Assembly: GCA_947569245.1 (NCBI GenBank)
Contig: CANORV010000001.1
Coordinates: 1-61,381 of the forward strand
DNA from: an uncultured Mycoplasmatota bacterium
GTDB lineage: Bacteria > Bacillota_I > Bacilli_A > RF39 > UBA660
Direction of reading: 5' to 3'
DNA length: 61,381 nucleotides
Shown: positions 1 to 9,383 of the stretch, in pieces
Layout of the letters: each line of letters opens with the position of its first letter
Position numbering within the stretch: position 1 is the stretch's first letter
Notes under the pieces: model-generated
Database searches by the model: none
The model's input: the letters and a program-made list of their open reading frames with translations, nothing else
What the model was told of the DNA's origin: nothing
Position numbers and translations under genes: made by a program

Positions 1-171
1 CAATTCATTTATCATCAGTTTTTGGCTTCACCAACACTACTTGACAAAGAACCGTTGAACATACTACTTTTTTGATGATATTTTCCATAAAATAGATACC
101 TTCAATACTTATCTCAAATAAAAACTACTAAATTCATCAATTGTTTGAAACACTACAATTAGCAGTTATTT

Positions 172-1008
172 TTACATATTATTATTTATATATTCAATTA
201 AACATTTAATAGTATACATATCAAAATCAAAATTGTCCTTTAATGATAACTCAAAAATAATATTTGGATTGTTAGTTAGAGAGGTCATTTTTACTTCATA
301 CTTTCCTTTTCCTTTATTGGATAAAAAATATCTTTTTCCTTCAGATAAAATATCACTATCAATATAACAATCACTTTTATTTAAACATAAAGGCATATCT
401 AAAACCAGTTTTTTACCGCAAGTTTTAAGTGAATATCTATATTTTGAAAATTTTAAGTATAAACATCTTTTAAAATCATTATAATATGTTTTAGGCAAAT
501 CTTGACTACCACTTTTCTTTCTTCTAAAAATGGTTTTAACCTTGAAAATTTGATTAAGATGGTCAAGTGAAAATATTCTTTTGACTCCATCATTATCAAC
601 TGATATAACAAATTCAATATTTTTATTTTTCATATTCGAAACAATCCAATCAAATGCAACTTTATCTGAAATAGGAACACACATCCCACTTTGAGAAACA
701 CTACTATATAATTTAAAATTTTTATTTAATATATTAATAATCTCTTCAGAATACTTATTAGATTCATACTTATTTTTACCTCCATAAACAAATTTATTAT
801 CTTTAATTTCAACAACAAATTGAGATGTTTGTGAAATAGGCATTTTCGTTTCTACATAAAATTTCTTTCCATTAGAATTAATAGTTATTTCAATGTCTGA
901 AACTGTACTATCAGAACCTCCATATTGTTTAACTAAAACATCATAATCTTTTAACATCTGTTGAAGAAATTCTGTCATTTCACTTTCAAAATCTTCCCAT
1001 TTCTTCAT
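172..1008 (-). CDS. putative type II restriction endonuclease (PD-(D/E)xK-like), partner of the adjacent C5 methyltransferase
   Basis: 278-aa ORF 11 nt downstream of the methyltransferase on the same strand. GGTGG Shine-Dalgarno lies just before the ATG. Candidate D..ExK pattern in 'SDIEITINSNGKKFYVETK'. No other family recognised. Confidence 0.5.
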   Translation of the reverse strand: MKKWEDFESEMTEFLQQMLKDYDVLVKQYGGSDSTVSDIEITINSNGKKFYVETKMPISQTSQFVVEIKDNKFVYGGKNKYESNKYSEEIINILNKNFKLYSSVSQSGMCVPISDKVAFDWIVSNMKNKNIEFVISVDNDGVKRIFSLDHLNQIFKVKTIFRRKKSGSQDLPKTYYNDFKRCLYLKFSKYRYSLKTCGKKLVLDMPLCLNKSDCYIDSDILSEGKRYFLSNKGKGKYEVKMTSLTNNPNIIFELSLKDNFDFDMYTIKCLIEYINNNM

Positions 1009-1019
1009 ATTACCACCTA

Positions 1020-1982
1020 CTAAATATCTTTTAATCCCCGAAATACCTCTTTTAATAAATTAATTGGAACACTGTTTCCAAATTGTTTTAATGATTGATT
1101 GTCATTCTCTATTATTTTAAATTCTTCAGGAAAGCCTTGTAATCTAGCGGCTTCCCTTGGACTTAATTTTCTTACTCTACCATTTATATAATATGCACCA
1201 GTTTTTGAGGCAGCACCACCACTTGAAGCAGCAAGAGTTATTCCTATCCCATTTTCATGATAAATTCTATTACCCTGTCCACCATTACCAATAACACCTA
1301 TTTGAAAAGGTTTTTGAACCTTGCCATTTCTTATTATTTCGTTTAATTTTTTTTCATCTATATAAATATCTTTTCTATTTAATACATATTTATCAGTAAG
1401 TGAATCATCCTCTTTTATATCACTAATAGTAATAAAATTATTAGATGGTTCTGGAAATTTAAAATTACCGTTATCAATATCTTTTTTTATACAGACAATC
1501 ATAATTCTTTCCCTATTTTGAGGTAAGTTAAAATCCTTAGCATTAAGGACTTTGAAATATATATTATAATTTAAACTATCAAGTATGTTTGAAATAACTT
1601 CAAAAGTTGCCCCATCATTATGTGCTTTCAAATTTTTAACATTTTCTAAAAATATAATTTTAGGTTTGTGATAACTTACAATTCTTACAATATCAAAGAA
1701 CAATGTCCCTCTTGTATCTTCAAATCCTTTTTGCCTCCCAGAAATACTAAAAGGCTGACATGGAAAACCAGCACATAAAATATCAAAATTTGGAATGTCT
1801 TTTTCATCTATTCTTGTTATATCTCCATAAGGAACCTCTCCAAAATTTAATTTGTAACTTTCTTGGCAATATTTATCTAATTCAGATGAAAAAACACATT
1901 TGCATCCAAAAGATTCAAGTGCATATCTAAAACCACCTATACCAGCAAATAAATCTATAAATTTCATTTCTTTTAATTTCAT
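1020..1982 (-). CDS. DNA (cytosine-5)-methyltransferase, HhaI-like
   Basis: C5-MTase motifs are present in order: FAGIGG (I), GFPCQPFS (IV), ENV (VI), QNRER (VIII), GNSVP (X). Start moved to MKLKEMKFIDLF (ATG at 1982, GAGGGTGG upstream). The ORF-track N-terminal extension carries no motif. Confidence 0.9.
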   Translation of the reverse strand: MKLKEMKFIDLFAGIGGFRYALESFGCKCVFSSELDKYCQESYKLNFGEVPYGDITRIDEKDIPNFDILCAGFPCQPFSISGRQKGFEDTRGTLFFDIVRIVSYHKPKIIFLENVKNLKAHNDGATFEVISNILDSLNYNIYFKVLNAKDFNLPQNRERIMIVCIKKDIDNGNFKFPEPSNNFITISDIKEDDSLTDKYVLNRKDIYIDEKKLNEIIRNGKVQKPFQIGVIGNGGQGNRIYHENGIGITLAASSGGAASKTGAYYINGRVRKLSPREAARLQGFPEEFKIIENDNQSLKQFGNSVPINLLKEVFRGLKDI

Positions 1983-2246
1983 GATATGACACCACCCTCT
2001 CGTATAGATTATACCATAATCCAGGTTCATATAATAATTTTTATAAAATTTTATAACAAAATATTTGTTGAGTATTTTAATAAAAATATTAACTTTTAAA
2101 CATCTCAAGTTACACTTGATAGATAAAATCATAAAAAAATATTAATTCATAAGAAAAGCAAAAATTCAAGAACCCTAATTTAAAATTACCATCAAAAATA
2201 TATATTATAATAAGAATAATAATTACTAATATTTATTTATAAAATA

Positions 2247-2274
2247 AAACTGTTGATTAATATTTACCAACAGT
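2247..2274 (-). terminator. rho-independent terminator after the ThyX-like gene
   Basis: On the minus strand, ACTGTTG..(loop)..CAACAGT is followed by TTTTATTTTAT. Confidence 0.5.
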
Positions 2275-2315
2275 CTAAAGCCTATTTTAAATTTAAAAAT
2301 AATTTTTTATACTAT

Positions 2316-3809
2316 TTATTTCTGTGATCTAAGTTTTAAAATTTTACCGCAACATTCTCTTTTTTCACGACAAATATTTTGCGTTTCACATGTTGGTCCT
2401 AAAATGCTAGAAAATAATTTAGCATCTTCTAATTTTTTTATCTCATCATGCATTCCATAAGCCATTCCTCTAGTTTCCCATTGTGACTTATTACACTTTC
2501 TAAGTTCCAATATATGTTTTAAAGTAAATCCATCAATATTTGTCATAACATTAACCATATTACCACAAAGAAGAAAATATAATAAATCCTCTTCTCTTAC
2601 ACCATAATCATCTTTTACATGTCTATACATTTCATAATTAAGTTTATGCAAATTATCATAATCTACTTTCAATTTACCATTTATCTTTGGAGGAGTTTTA
2701 TATTGTCTTAAATCAACATTCTTTAAATCTGGTAACATAATATGATGAGTACGATGTCTTGTTAAATGTGTTAAAACAGCAAGTGAACAAGGTATTTGAA
2801 AATCAAAATTAACTTGAGTTAATTCCAATCCATCTGAGTCATAAGCAATATGTCTCATTAAATCACGTTTAAAATTCTTATCTTCACTAGAAAGTTCATT
2901 ATAAACTCTAGTTGCAGATAATCTATCAAGTTGAAAACGTCTCATAATACTAGCAATTAAAATAGTATCATCAAGATTTGCTGTTCTATTTAGTAAACAA
3001 GCTTTTTTTATTACTTGATAATTTTGATTATCATCTGATATTTTAGAAGATAAATAAGAATCAACTTTATCCTCTAATAAAACATTTTCTTTATCGATTA
3101 CATTTTTAAGATATGGTGCATCAACTAAGGAAATTTCCCTTAATTTCTCACCAAACTCTCGAAGTTCTGAAATCTTACTATATTTACGTTTAGTAAATTT
3201 TATAATCATATCCTTTAAAGTATGAGCATCTATTGTCATAAAAATATTAGAATTTGTACAATATGGCATAACAAAACGAGCATCCTCATTACTTATTCCG
3301 TTTTCCATAAGATATTTATAAAAATCAAATATCATATTCATATGATTATTATATTCCCTTTTTATAACAAAATTATTATTTAAAATATTATCACTTTTAT
3401 CATGAAAATCTGGAACATATATTCCAGCACTAGAAAAATCAACTTCTCTTCTTGATTTTATTGTAAAACCAGCAAAACGCTCCTTAATTATTTCCTGTTC
3501 CAACATAATTGAAACATCTTTAATTGCAAAAACAAAATAATCGTGATCAGTTATAGAATCATGTCCCATACTAATTACATTATTAATAAATTTACAATTT
3601 TCCTCCAATGTTTTGTTCTCACTTACTTGAAGAATTTCAAAAACATTTCCCATAAATCTAGATAATCTTCCTGCTGATGCAACAATTTCACTACGTCTTC
3701 CTACTTCCAAACCTTTTACAATGTCAATTATATCTAAATCTGCCTTTCTCTTAATTAACTCTTCTTCAAGCTTCTTATAATCAATAGCTCCAATTAATTT
3801 TACTTCCAT
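2316..3809 (-). CDS. tandem-domain ThyX-like (FAD-dependent thymidylate synthase family) protein
   Basis: 'MGHDSITDHDYFVFAI' resembles the ThyX HGHxSxxEH..FxF motif. 'LTRHRTHH' carries the RHR motif and 'SQWETR' resembles AQWEIR. At about 497 aa it is roughly twice a normal ThyX. Start moved to MEVKLIG (GGAGG RBS). Confidence 0.6.
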   Translation of the reverse strand: MEVKLIGAIDYKKLEEELIKRKADLDIIDIVKGLEVGRRSEIVASAGRLSRFMGNVFEILQVSENKTLEENCKFINNVISMGHDSITDHDYFVFAIKDVSIMLEQEIIKERFAGFTIKSRREVDFSSAGIYVPDFHDKSDNILNNNFVIKREYNNHMNMIFDFYKYLMENGISNEDARFVMPYCTNSNIFMTIDAHTLKDMIIKFTKRKYSKISELREFGEKLREISLVDAPYLKNVIDKENVLLEDKVDSYLSSKISDDNQNYQVIKKACLLNRTANLDDTILIASIMRRFQLDRLSATRVYNELSSEDKNFKRDLMRHIAYDSDGLELTQVNFDFQIPCSLAVLTHLTRHRTHHIMLPDLKNVDLRQYKTPPKINGKLKVDYDNLHKLNYEMYRHVKDDYGVREEDLLYFLLCGNMVNVMTNIDGFTLKHILELRKCNKSQWETRGMAYGMHDEIKKLEDAKLFSSILGPTCETQNICREKRECCGKILKLRSQK

Positions 3810-3931
3810 AACCTTACCTCCATAATTTAAATATATCAAACATTATTAGTTTTAACCAATTATCTATGTCAATTAACAAAATTTTACAAAACACAAATTT
3901 ATAATACTTTAAAACATTCTAATTATATAAT

Positions 3932-4207
3932 CTAGACTTTTCCTATTTTTTTAACTTTTTCACAATTAATAGTATTATCATCACTCTTATTATCATCATA
4001 AGAACTAATTACCTGATTAATAAAAGTAGCAGAAGAAATATCATATTTACTTTTTAAATAATCTTCACTACTCATGTATTCAAGAGTACATATATATCCA
4101 TTTTTTCTATAAACAATAGGAAATTCCATCAAACATACTTCTCTTGTCTTTGGACTTACAAGAGCTAAAATTATTCCAGCTTCTTCGTCTATAACAAAAT
4201 CCATCAT
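3932..4207 (-). CDS. hypothetical protein (91 aa)
   Basis: ORF whose ATG overlaps the stop of the upstream 73-aa ORF (ATGA). No recognisable motifs. Confidence 0.45.
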   Translation of the reverse strand: MMDFVIDEEAGIILALVSPKTREVCLMEFPIVYRKNGYICTLEYMSSEDYLKSKYDISSATFINQVISSYDDNKSDDNTINCEKVKKIGKV

Positions 4208-4425
4208 TTTTCCATACCATTTTTTTCATCTGTATCTTTAAAATGATAACAATTTCCAAACTCCTTTAAAATAAATCTAGACTCTTTAGTTCTAATAAGA
4301 CATGGTAATAAAATTGCTTCACATCCTTTATCATCTACATCAAAATAAATAATAGTATTAGAAAACTGATGTCTAATTGCACCTAATCTACAATTACGTA
4401 AAATTTTATATTTTAACTTATCCAT
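4204..4425 (-). CDS. hypothetical protein (73 aa)
   Basis: ORF 18 nt downstream of the flavoprotein gene on the same strand. An AAGGAGAT RBS-like sequence precedes the ATG. Confidence 0.45.
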   Translation of the reverse strand: MDKLKYKILRNCRLGAIRHQFSNTIIYFDVDDKGCEAILLPCLIRTKESRFILKEFGNCYHFKDTDEKNGMEK

Positions 4426-4443
4426 ATTTAAATCTCCTTTATC

Positions 4444-6039
4444 TTAATTACAAATATCACTTTTATAAATCTTGGCAATTGCCTCTGCTACTTTAATTCC
4501 ATCCATTGCAGCTGTCGTTATTCCACCAGCATATCCTGAACCTTCACCACAAGGAAAAAGTCCCAAAATATTTGCCTCATACCCCTCACTTCTTTCAATC
4601 CTAATTGGGGATGATGTTCTGCTTTCTATTCCAAAAAGAAGAGCATCACTAGAAGAAAAACCATTAATCTTCTTTTCAAAATCACACATTGCTTCCTTTA
4701 TAGCATCTGAAACAAAATAAGGCAAACATTCATTTAAATTAGCTAAAGTTACTTTTCCTTTTACAAGTGGCTTAATAGTACCAAAATGACAACTAGGTTT
4801 ATTAATAACAAAATCTTCATATCTTTGAACAGGAATATTACCATGTCCAACCTTATAAGCTTTGCTTTCTAATTCTCTTTGAAATTTAATACCATCAAAA
4901 AGAGAATTTCCAAAATCACTTGGATTAACAGTAACAACAATAGCACTATTAGCAACACCAGTATCTCTTTTATGATTACTCATTCCGTTTACAACTAACA
5001 TATTTTCCTCACTCGATGCATTTATCACATAACCACCTGGACACATACAAAAGGAATATACTCCTCTACCACTTTTAGTAGTATAAGTTAATTTATAACT
5101 AGCTTCTTTCATAATTTTAGAAAAATCTCCATATTGGCTCTCATTTATCATATCCTGAGGATGTTCAATCCTAAGACCAACAGCAAAGGATTTAGGTTTC
5201 ATTTCTACACCTCTTTGATAAAGCATCTCAATTGTATCTCTTGCACTATGTCCAGTAGCAAGTATTAAACAATCACACTCTATCTTTTTACTACCATTAA
5301 CAAAAATACCAGTAATTTTATTATTACTAACTAAAATATCCGTAAGTGTAGTATTATATCTAAACTCTCCACCCATTTTAATAATATCTTTTCTAAGATT
5401 TATAATCACTTTTCTTAAAAGATCTGTTCCTATATGTGGTTTTGACAAATACATTATTTCATCATCTGCTCCACATTTAACAAAAACTTCAAATACTTCC
5501 TTACCACGGAAAGCTTTATCCTTAACTAATGTATTTAATTTACCATCAGAGAATGTTCCAGCACCACCTTCACCAAATTGAATATTAGAGTTTACATCAA
5601 GCTTACCATTTTTCCAAAACTCTTCCACTGTTTCAATTCTTTTTTCTATTTTTTCACCACGCTCAATTATCAAAGGTCTATACCCATGTTTAGAAAGTTC
5701 ATACGCTGCAAACAAACCCGCTGGACCACTTCCAACAATAATTATTCTTTTCAAAATTTTCTTTGTCCCTGTTATTTTAAAAGAATACTCTTCCTTTGGA
5801 GCAAGAAAAATATCTTTAGACTTATTTTTTTTCAAGATTTCACTCTCATTTAATACATCAACATCAACTTCATAAACATAAAAAATATTACTCTTAATTC
5901 TAGCATCAATCGATTTTTTTACTATTTTAATATCTTTTATTTTCTCAATCTTTATTCTAAGTATTTTAGAAATTTTTATCTTTAAATTTAAAGCATTATC
6001 ATCTAAAACACTAATTTTTATCTGCCTTACTCTAATCAC
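4444..6039 (-). CDS. FAD-dependent oxidoreductase (COG2509-like uncharacterised dehydrogenase)
   Basis: 'VGSGPAGLFAA' dinucleotide-binding motif. The N-terminal 'KKSIDAR' segment is typical of this family. Length 531 aa. Confidence 0.75.
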   Translation of the reverse strand: MIRVRQIKISVLDDNALNLKIKISKILRIKIEKIKDIKIVKKSIDARIKSNIFYVYEVDVDVLNESEILKKNKSKDIFLAPKEEYSFKITGTKKILKRIIIVGSGPAGLFAAYELSKHGYRPLIIERGEKIEKRIETVEEFWKNGKLDVNSNIQFGEGGAGTFSDGKLNTLVKDKAFRGKEVFEVFVKCGADDEIMYLSKPHIGTDLLRKVIINLRKDIIKMGGEFRYNTTLTDILVSNNKITGIFVNGSKKIECDCLILATGHSARDTIEMLYQRGVEMKPKSFAVGLRIEHPQDMINESQYGDFSKIMKEASYKLTYTTKSGRGVYSFCMCPGGYVINASSEENMLVVNGMSNHKRDTGVANSAIVVTVNPSDFGNSLFDGIKFQRELESKAYKVGHGNIPVQRYEDFVINKPSCHFGTIKPLVKGKVTLANLNECLPYFVSDAIKEAMCDFEKKINGFSSSDALLFGIESRTSSPIRIERSEGYEANILGLFPCGEGSGYAGGITTAAMDGIKVAEAIAKIYKSDICN

Positions 6040-6041
6040 TT

Positions 6042-7277
6042 CTACCTCTCCCCACAGGAAATACCAGCGAGCATTCCACTTAAAAAAGCAAAGGTTAAAT
6101 TATAACCACCACAATCACCATCAACATCAAGTATTTCTCCTGCAAAGTATAATCCCTTAACTAATTTTGACTCCATAGTATCACTATCAATTTCATCAAG
6201 TTTAACACCACCTGTTACAACTTGAGCACAAGAATATGGCCTAGTAGCAGTTATTTTAACTTCAAAAGAAATAAGATTACTAGCTAACTTAACTTTTTCT
6301 AAATCAGTCAAATCATTAAAATACAAAAATCCATCTATTGAACTTATATCTAATATGACATCGACCAGTTTTTCATTCAAAATGCCTGCTAACAATTCTC
6401 TTATTGTTCTGTCTTTGGCTAAATTATCTTGCTCTTCTAATAATGATAAACAATCATTAATATCAAAAGAAGATAAATTTGGTAGAAAATTAATTTTTAT
6501 TACTTCACTTACATTTAAATATAATCCCCTACTTACAAATCGACTTAAATTAAAAACACAAATTCCACTAATACCATAATCAGTAAATTGAACTTCTCCA
6601 ACTTCCTCTTTTATTAATTTACCATCTTCATACAAAGAAACAACAGCATCACTTCTAACACCTGCCCATTTTTTTAAAAACTTTTTATCATCAAGTACTT
6701 CAAGTTGTACCAAAGCTGGTAAAACAGGAGTAATTGAATGTTTAAAATTAGTAGCTAACTGATAACCATTAAAATAGTAGTCTTTCTTAAAAGAAGCTAT
6801 TGATCCAGTAGTAATAATTACCTTATCAAACTTCATAGTTCCATCATTCGTTATTACTTCAAATAACTCTCTATCCTTCCTCACATCTTTAACAAGCACA
6901 TTAGTTTTAATTTCGACATTTTTATGTTTTAATTCTATCAAAAGAGCGTTTCTAATAGTTGCTGCCTGATTTGAAAACGGATAGTAATATCCATCTTTAA
7001 TTTTTGGAATTATTCCAATTTTTCGAATAAACTTTTCAACTTCAAAAACTCTATCAATAGTGATTATTTTTTCCAAATTTTCAAAATTATCACTATGATA
7101 ATAAGAAAGGTTTTGCCTACTATTAAAATAGTTACATCTTCCATTGCCTGTTACAAGTATTTTCTTTCCAATTATATCGTTTCTTTCTAATATAGTAACT
7201 TTATTTTCCTTTTTCGATGCATAAATGGAAGCAACCATTCCTGAAGCACCACCACCAATAATTCCAATTGTTTTCAT
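6042..7277 (-). CDS. HI0933/BaiN-family NAD(P)/FAD-dependent oxidoreductase
   Basis: 'IIGGGASGMVAS' and 'TGNGRCN' motifs, plus the C-terminal 'GEILDVDGDCGGYNL' signature of this family. Confidence 0.8.
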   Translation of the reverse strand: MKTIGIIGGGASGMVASIYASKKENKVTILERNDIIGKKILVTGNGRCNYFNSRQNLSYYHSDNFENLEKIITIDRVFEVEKFIRKIGIIPKIKDGYYYPFSNQAATIRNALLIELKHKNVEIKTNVLVKDVRKDRELFEVITNDGTMKFDKVIITTGSIASFKKDYYFNGYQLATNFKHSITPVLPALVQLEVLDDKKFLKKWAGVRSDAVVSLYEDGKLIKEEVGEVQFTDYGISGICVFNLSRFVSRGLYLNVSEVIKINFLPNLSSFDINDCLSLLEEQDNLAKDRTIRELLAGILNEKLVDVILDISSIDGFLYFNDLTDLEKVKLASNLISFEVKITATRPYSCAQVVTGGVKLDEIDSDTMESKLVKGLYFAGEILDVDGDCGGYNLTFAFLSGMLAGISCGER

Positions 7278-7476
7278 TTATAAAAATCTCCCTTAATTAC
7301 TAATTATTTTAACACATTTATCTTCCAAAATCATCACTTCTATCAATATTTTTATTATTAAAAAAGTTAATATTTTTCACTATCAAAGCACTCTTTTTAT
7401 AATAACTTACTATCAAAAACTAATTTACAACCCAAATTTTTATTATAAACAAAAAAGAGATGATAGCATCACTTTC

Positions 7477-8661
7477 TTATTTTATATCTTTATCAAAATC
7501 AACATCACTGACTTCATATTTCCTATGTTTTGAAATTCCACCAAGAATTCTAGTAGAAGACCAACCAATAACTGCTAAAATAAAGAAATATAATACCCCA
7601 AAAATAGTAAACTCTGGAGCTGTTTCTGTAAGAAGTCCAATAATAGAAGCACCAGCTGACATACTTGTTACAATTGTCAAACTATCAACTGACTTATTAG
7701 TTACATCCTGTTTAATATTATTAAACAACTTTTGTGCTGATAAAACATAATTTTTAGTCATATTCCACAAATACTTTATATAATCAAGTGTATCCCTCAA
7801 TGTCTCATAACGATATCCTGATATTGCCAAAAACTCTGCAAGTTCCTTATCACTCTTAGCAATTTTTTCTCTTGTTGCAATATAAGTACCCATCTGATGA
7901 ATTCTTCCATCGATTAAGTTAATTGTTTTAGCATATCCTTCAAGTTTAGTCGTAAATTTAATAATATCAGAACCCTTAACATTAACATTTTCCTTAACAG
8001 CATCTATTTTTTCCCAAATGATTCGATGAATATTTAAATAACGATGAAGTTGTCCTTTAAACTCACGAATAAAAACTTGCTCTTCTATGTATCTTTCAAT
8101 ATTATCAAAAGACTGTTTCTTATTATTAATAAAATAATACTTATCTCCACGAACAACATCATATTTATCATTAACAAATTCAAAATATTTCTGTTTTTCG
8201 GTTCTAGATAATAAATCAGCCATATCTTCGTTTGCAATTTTATCACATACTATAAAATATGGATAAATTGTTTCAATATTAGCAAGTTCCTTTGGAACAG
8301 GAGCACCCAAACAAAATAAATAATTTAGTGCAGGAGACAATCTATTTTCATAATAATCAGTTACATGATCAATATCAGCAAATAATGTATCTTCACTAAC
8401 CTTTACGTTATTTAAAATAATTAATCCATCTTCAAAAATCTTTACTTTTATATTTAGAGCTGTTGTAAATTCTACATATTCAACTCCAGCAACTCCATAA
8501 TCAATTTTTCCTATTTCTAATTTTTTTCTAAACTCTGCCAACTTTTCTTCATCTAAAGCAAGTTGACTTTTTGTTTCTCTTAAAAAATCATAAATTTCAG
8601 ATAACTGTAACATTGTTCTTTGAAACCAACCACCTACATAAACATTACTTATTTTAATCAT
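7477..8661 (-). CDS. hypothetical protein with C-terminal membrane segments
   Basis: 394-aa ORF. Hydrophobic stretches 'SAGASIIGLL' and 'FTIFGVLYFFILAVIGW' lie near the C-terminus. No catalytic motif recognised. Confidence 0.6.
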   Translation of the reverse strand: MIKISNVYVGGWFQRTMLQLSEIYDFLRETKSQLALDEEKLAEFRKKLEIGKIDYGVAGVEYVEFTTALNIKVKIFEDGLIILNNVKVSEDTLFADIDHVTDYYENRLSPALNYLFCLGAPVPKELANIETIYPYFIVCDKIANEDMADLLSRTEKQKYFEFVNDKYDVVRGDKYYFINNKKQSFDNIERYIEEQVFIREFKGQLHRYLNIHRIIWEKIDAVKENVNVKGSDIIKFTTKLEGYAKTINLIDGRIHQMGTYIATREKIAKSDKELAEFLAISGYRYETLRDTLDYIKYLWNMTKNYVLSAQKLFNNIKQDVTNKSVDSLTIVTSMSAGASIIGLLTETAPEFTIFGVLYFFILAVIGWSSTRILGGISKHRKYEVSDVDFDKDIK

Positions 8662-8678
8662 TCTAACTTCTCCTATTC

Positions 8679-9119
8679 CTAATCAACCTTTTTTGAAAAA
8701 AATCCCGCATCATCAAGGGTAAATCCATAATGCTTATAACATTCGTGTGCAGCATGTCTAAAATTTCTAGACCAAAGTTCCATCACAACACATCCATGCT
8801 CTTTAGAAATTTTCTCACATTCTACAAGTAACTTTGTTGCAATGTTATGTCTTCTATACTTTTCCTTAACACAAATATGATTCAAAATAGCATACGTATT
8901 CATATTTTCATAAATTGTTGGAATTACTGTTATTTTAGCATGAGCTACTAACTCATTATTATAATATCCAACTAAATAAATTTGATTTTTATCCATCTTA
9001 GTTTCCTCAAAAACTCTTTTTGCATAATCCAAACTAGTATTTTCCAAAAAACATTCATTACACAAATTAATAATATTTTCTAAATCATCATAATTTGCAA
9101 TTCTAAAATCTACTTCCAT
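8679..9119 (-). CDS. GNAT-family N-acetyltransferase
   Basis: Acetyl-CoA-binding-like 'KEKYRRHNIATKLL' (Q/RxxGxG/A-type region). Typical size. Start moved to MEVDFRI (GGAAGAGG RBS). Confidence 0.7.
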   Translation of the reverse strand: MEVDFRIANYDDLENIINLCNECFLENTSLDYAKRVFEETKMDKNQIYLVGYYNNELVAHAKITVIPTIYENMNTYAILNHICVKEKYRRHNIATKLLVECEKISKEHGCVVMELWSRNFRHAAHECYKHYGFTLDDAGFFSKKVD

Positions 9120-9383
9120 CTTACCTCTTCCTTCAATTAAAAAATTTATTATCATATTATAAAATAATTATACAATATAACCTGTTTAAAAAAAAAGAAA
9201 AATATCGTGATTATACGACATTTTACACTAATGATTACACAATAATCTTATAATAAACTCATCTATAAATTAGTAAAATCAGTTAAATATTAATTTCTTT
9301 TAAAAGAAGTATAATCCTAATTATTCTAATTTCATTAACGCTCATAATTTCTGAAGTCTTATTTTTAAAACTTTAACATTTTT

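Noticed and set aside
8-99. 27-codon minus-strand ORF (MENIIKKVVCSTVLCQVVLVKPKTDDK) at the left edge of the window
   Set aside because: It has no convincing RBS or family signal, and the window edge prevents assessing context.
1983-2132. 50-codon N-terminal extension of the methyltransferase ORF in the ORF track
   Set aside because: The extension carries no methyltransferase motif and is Ile/Lys/Asn/Tyr-rich as expected for translated AT-rich promoter DNA. The internal ATG at 1982 has a GAGGGTGG Shine-Dalgarno and lies just upstream of motif I.
4472-4720. Plus-strand 82-aa ORF inside the FAD-dependent oxidoreductase gene. Similar antisense ORFs occur at 5578-5853, 6355-6579, 7460-7750, 10989-11180, 14691-14984 and 15745-16002.
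   Set aside because: These are shadow ORFs fully antisense to well-supported genes. They have low-complexity composition and no RBS.
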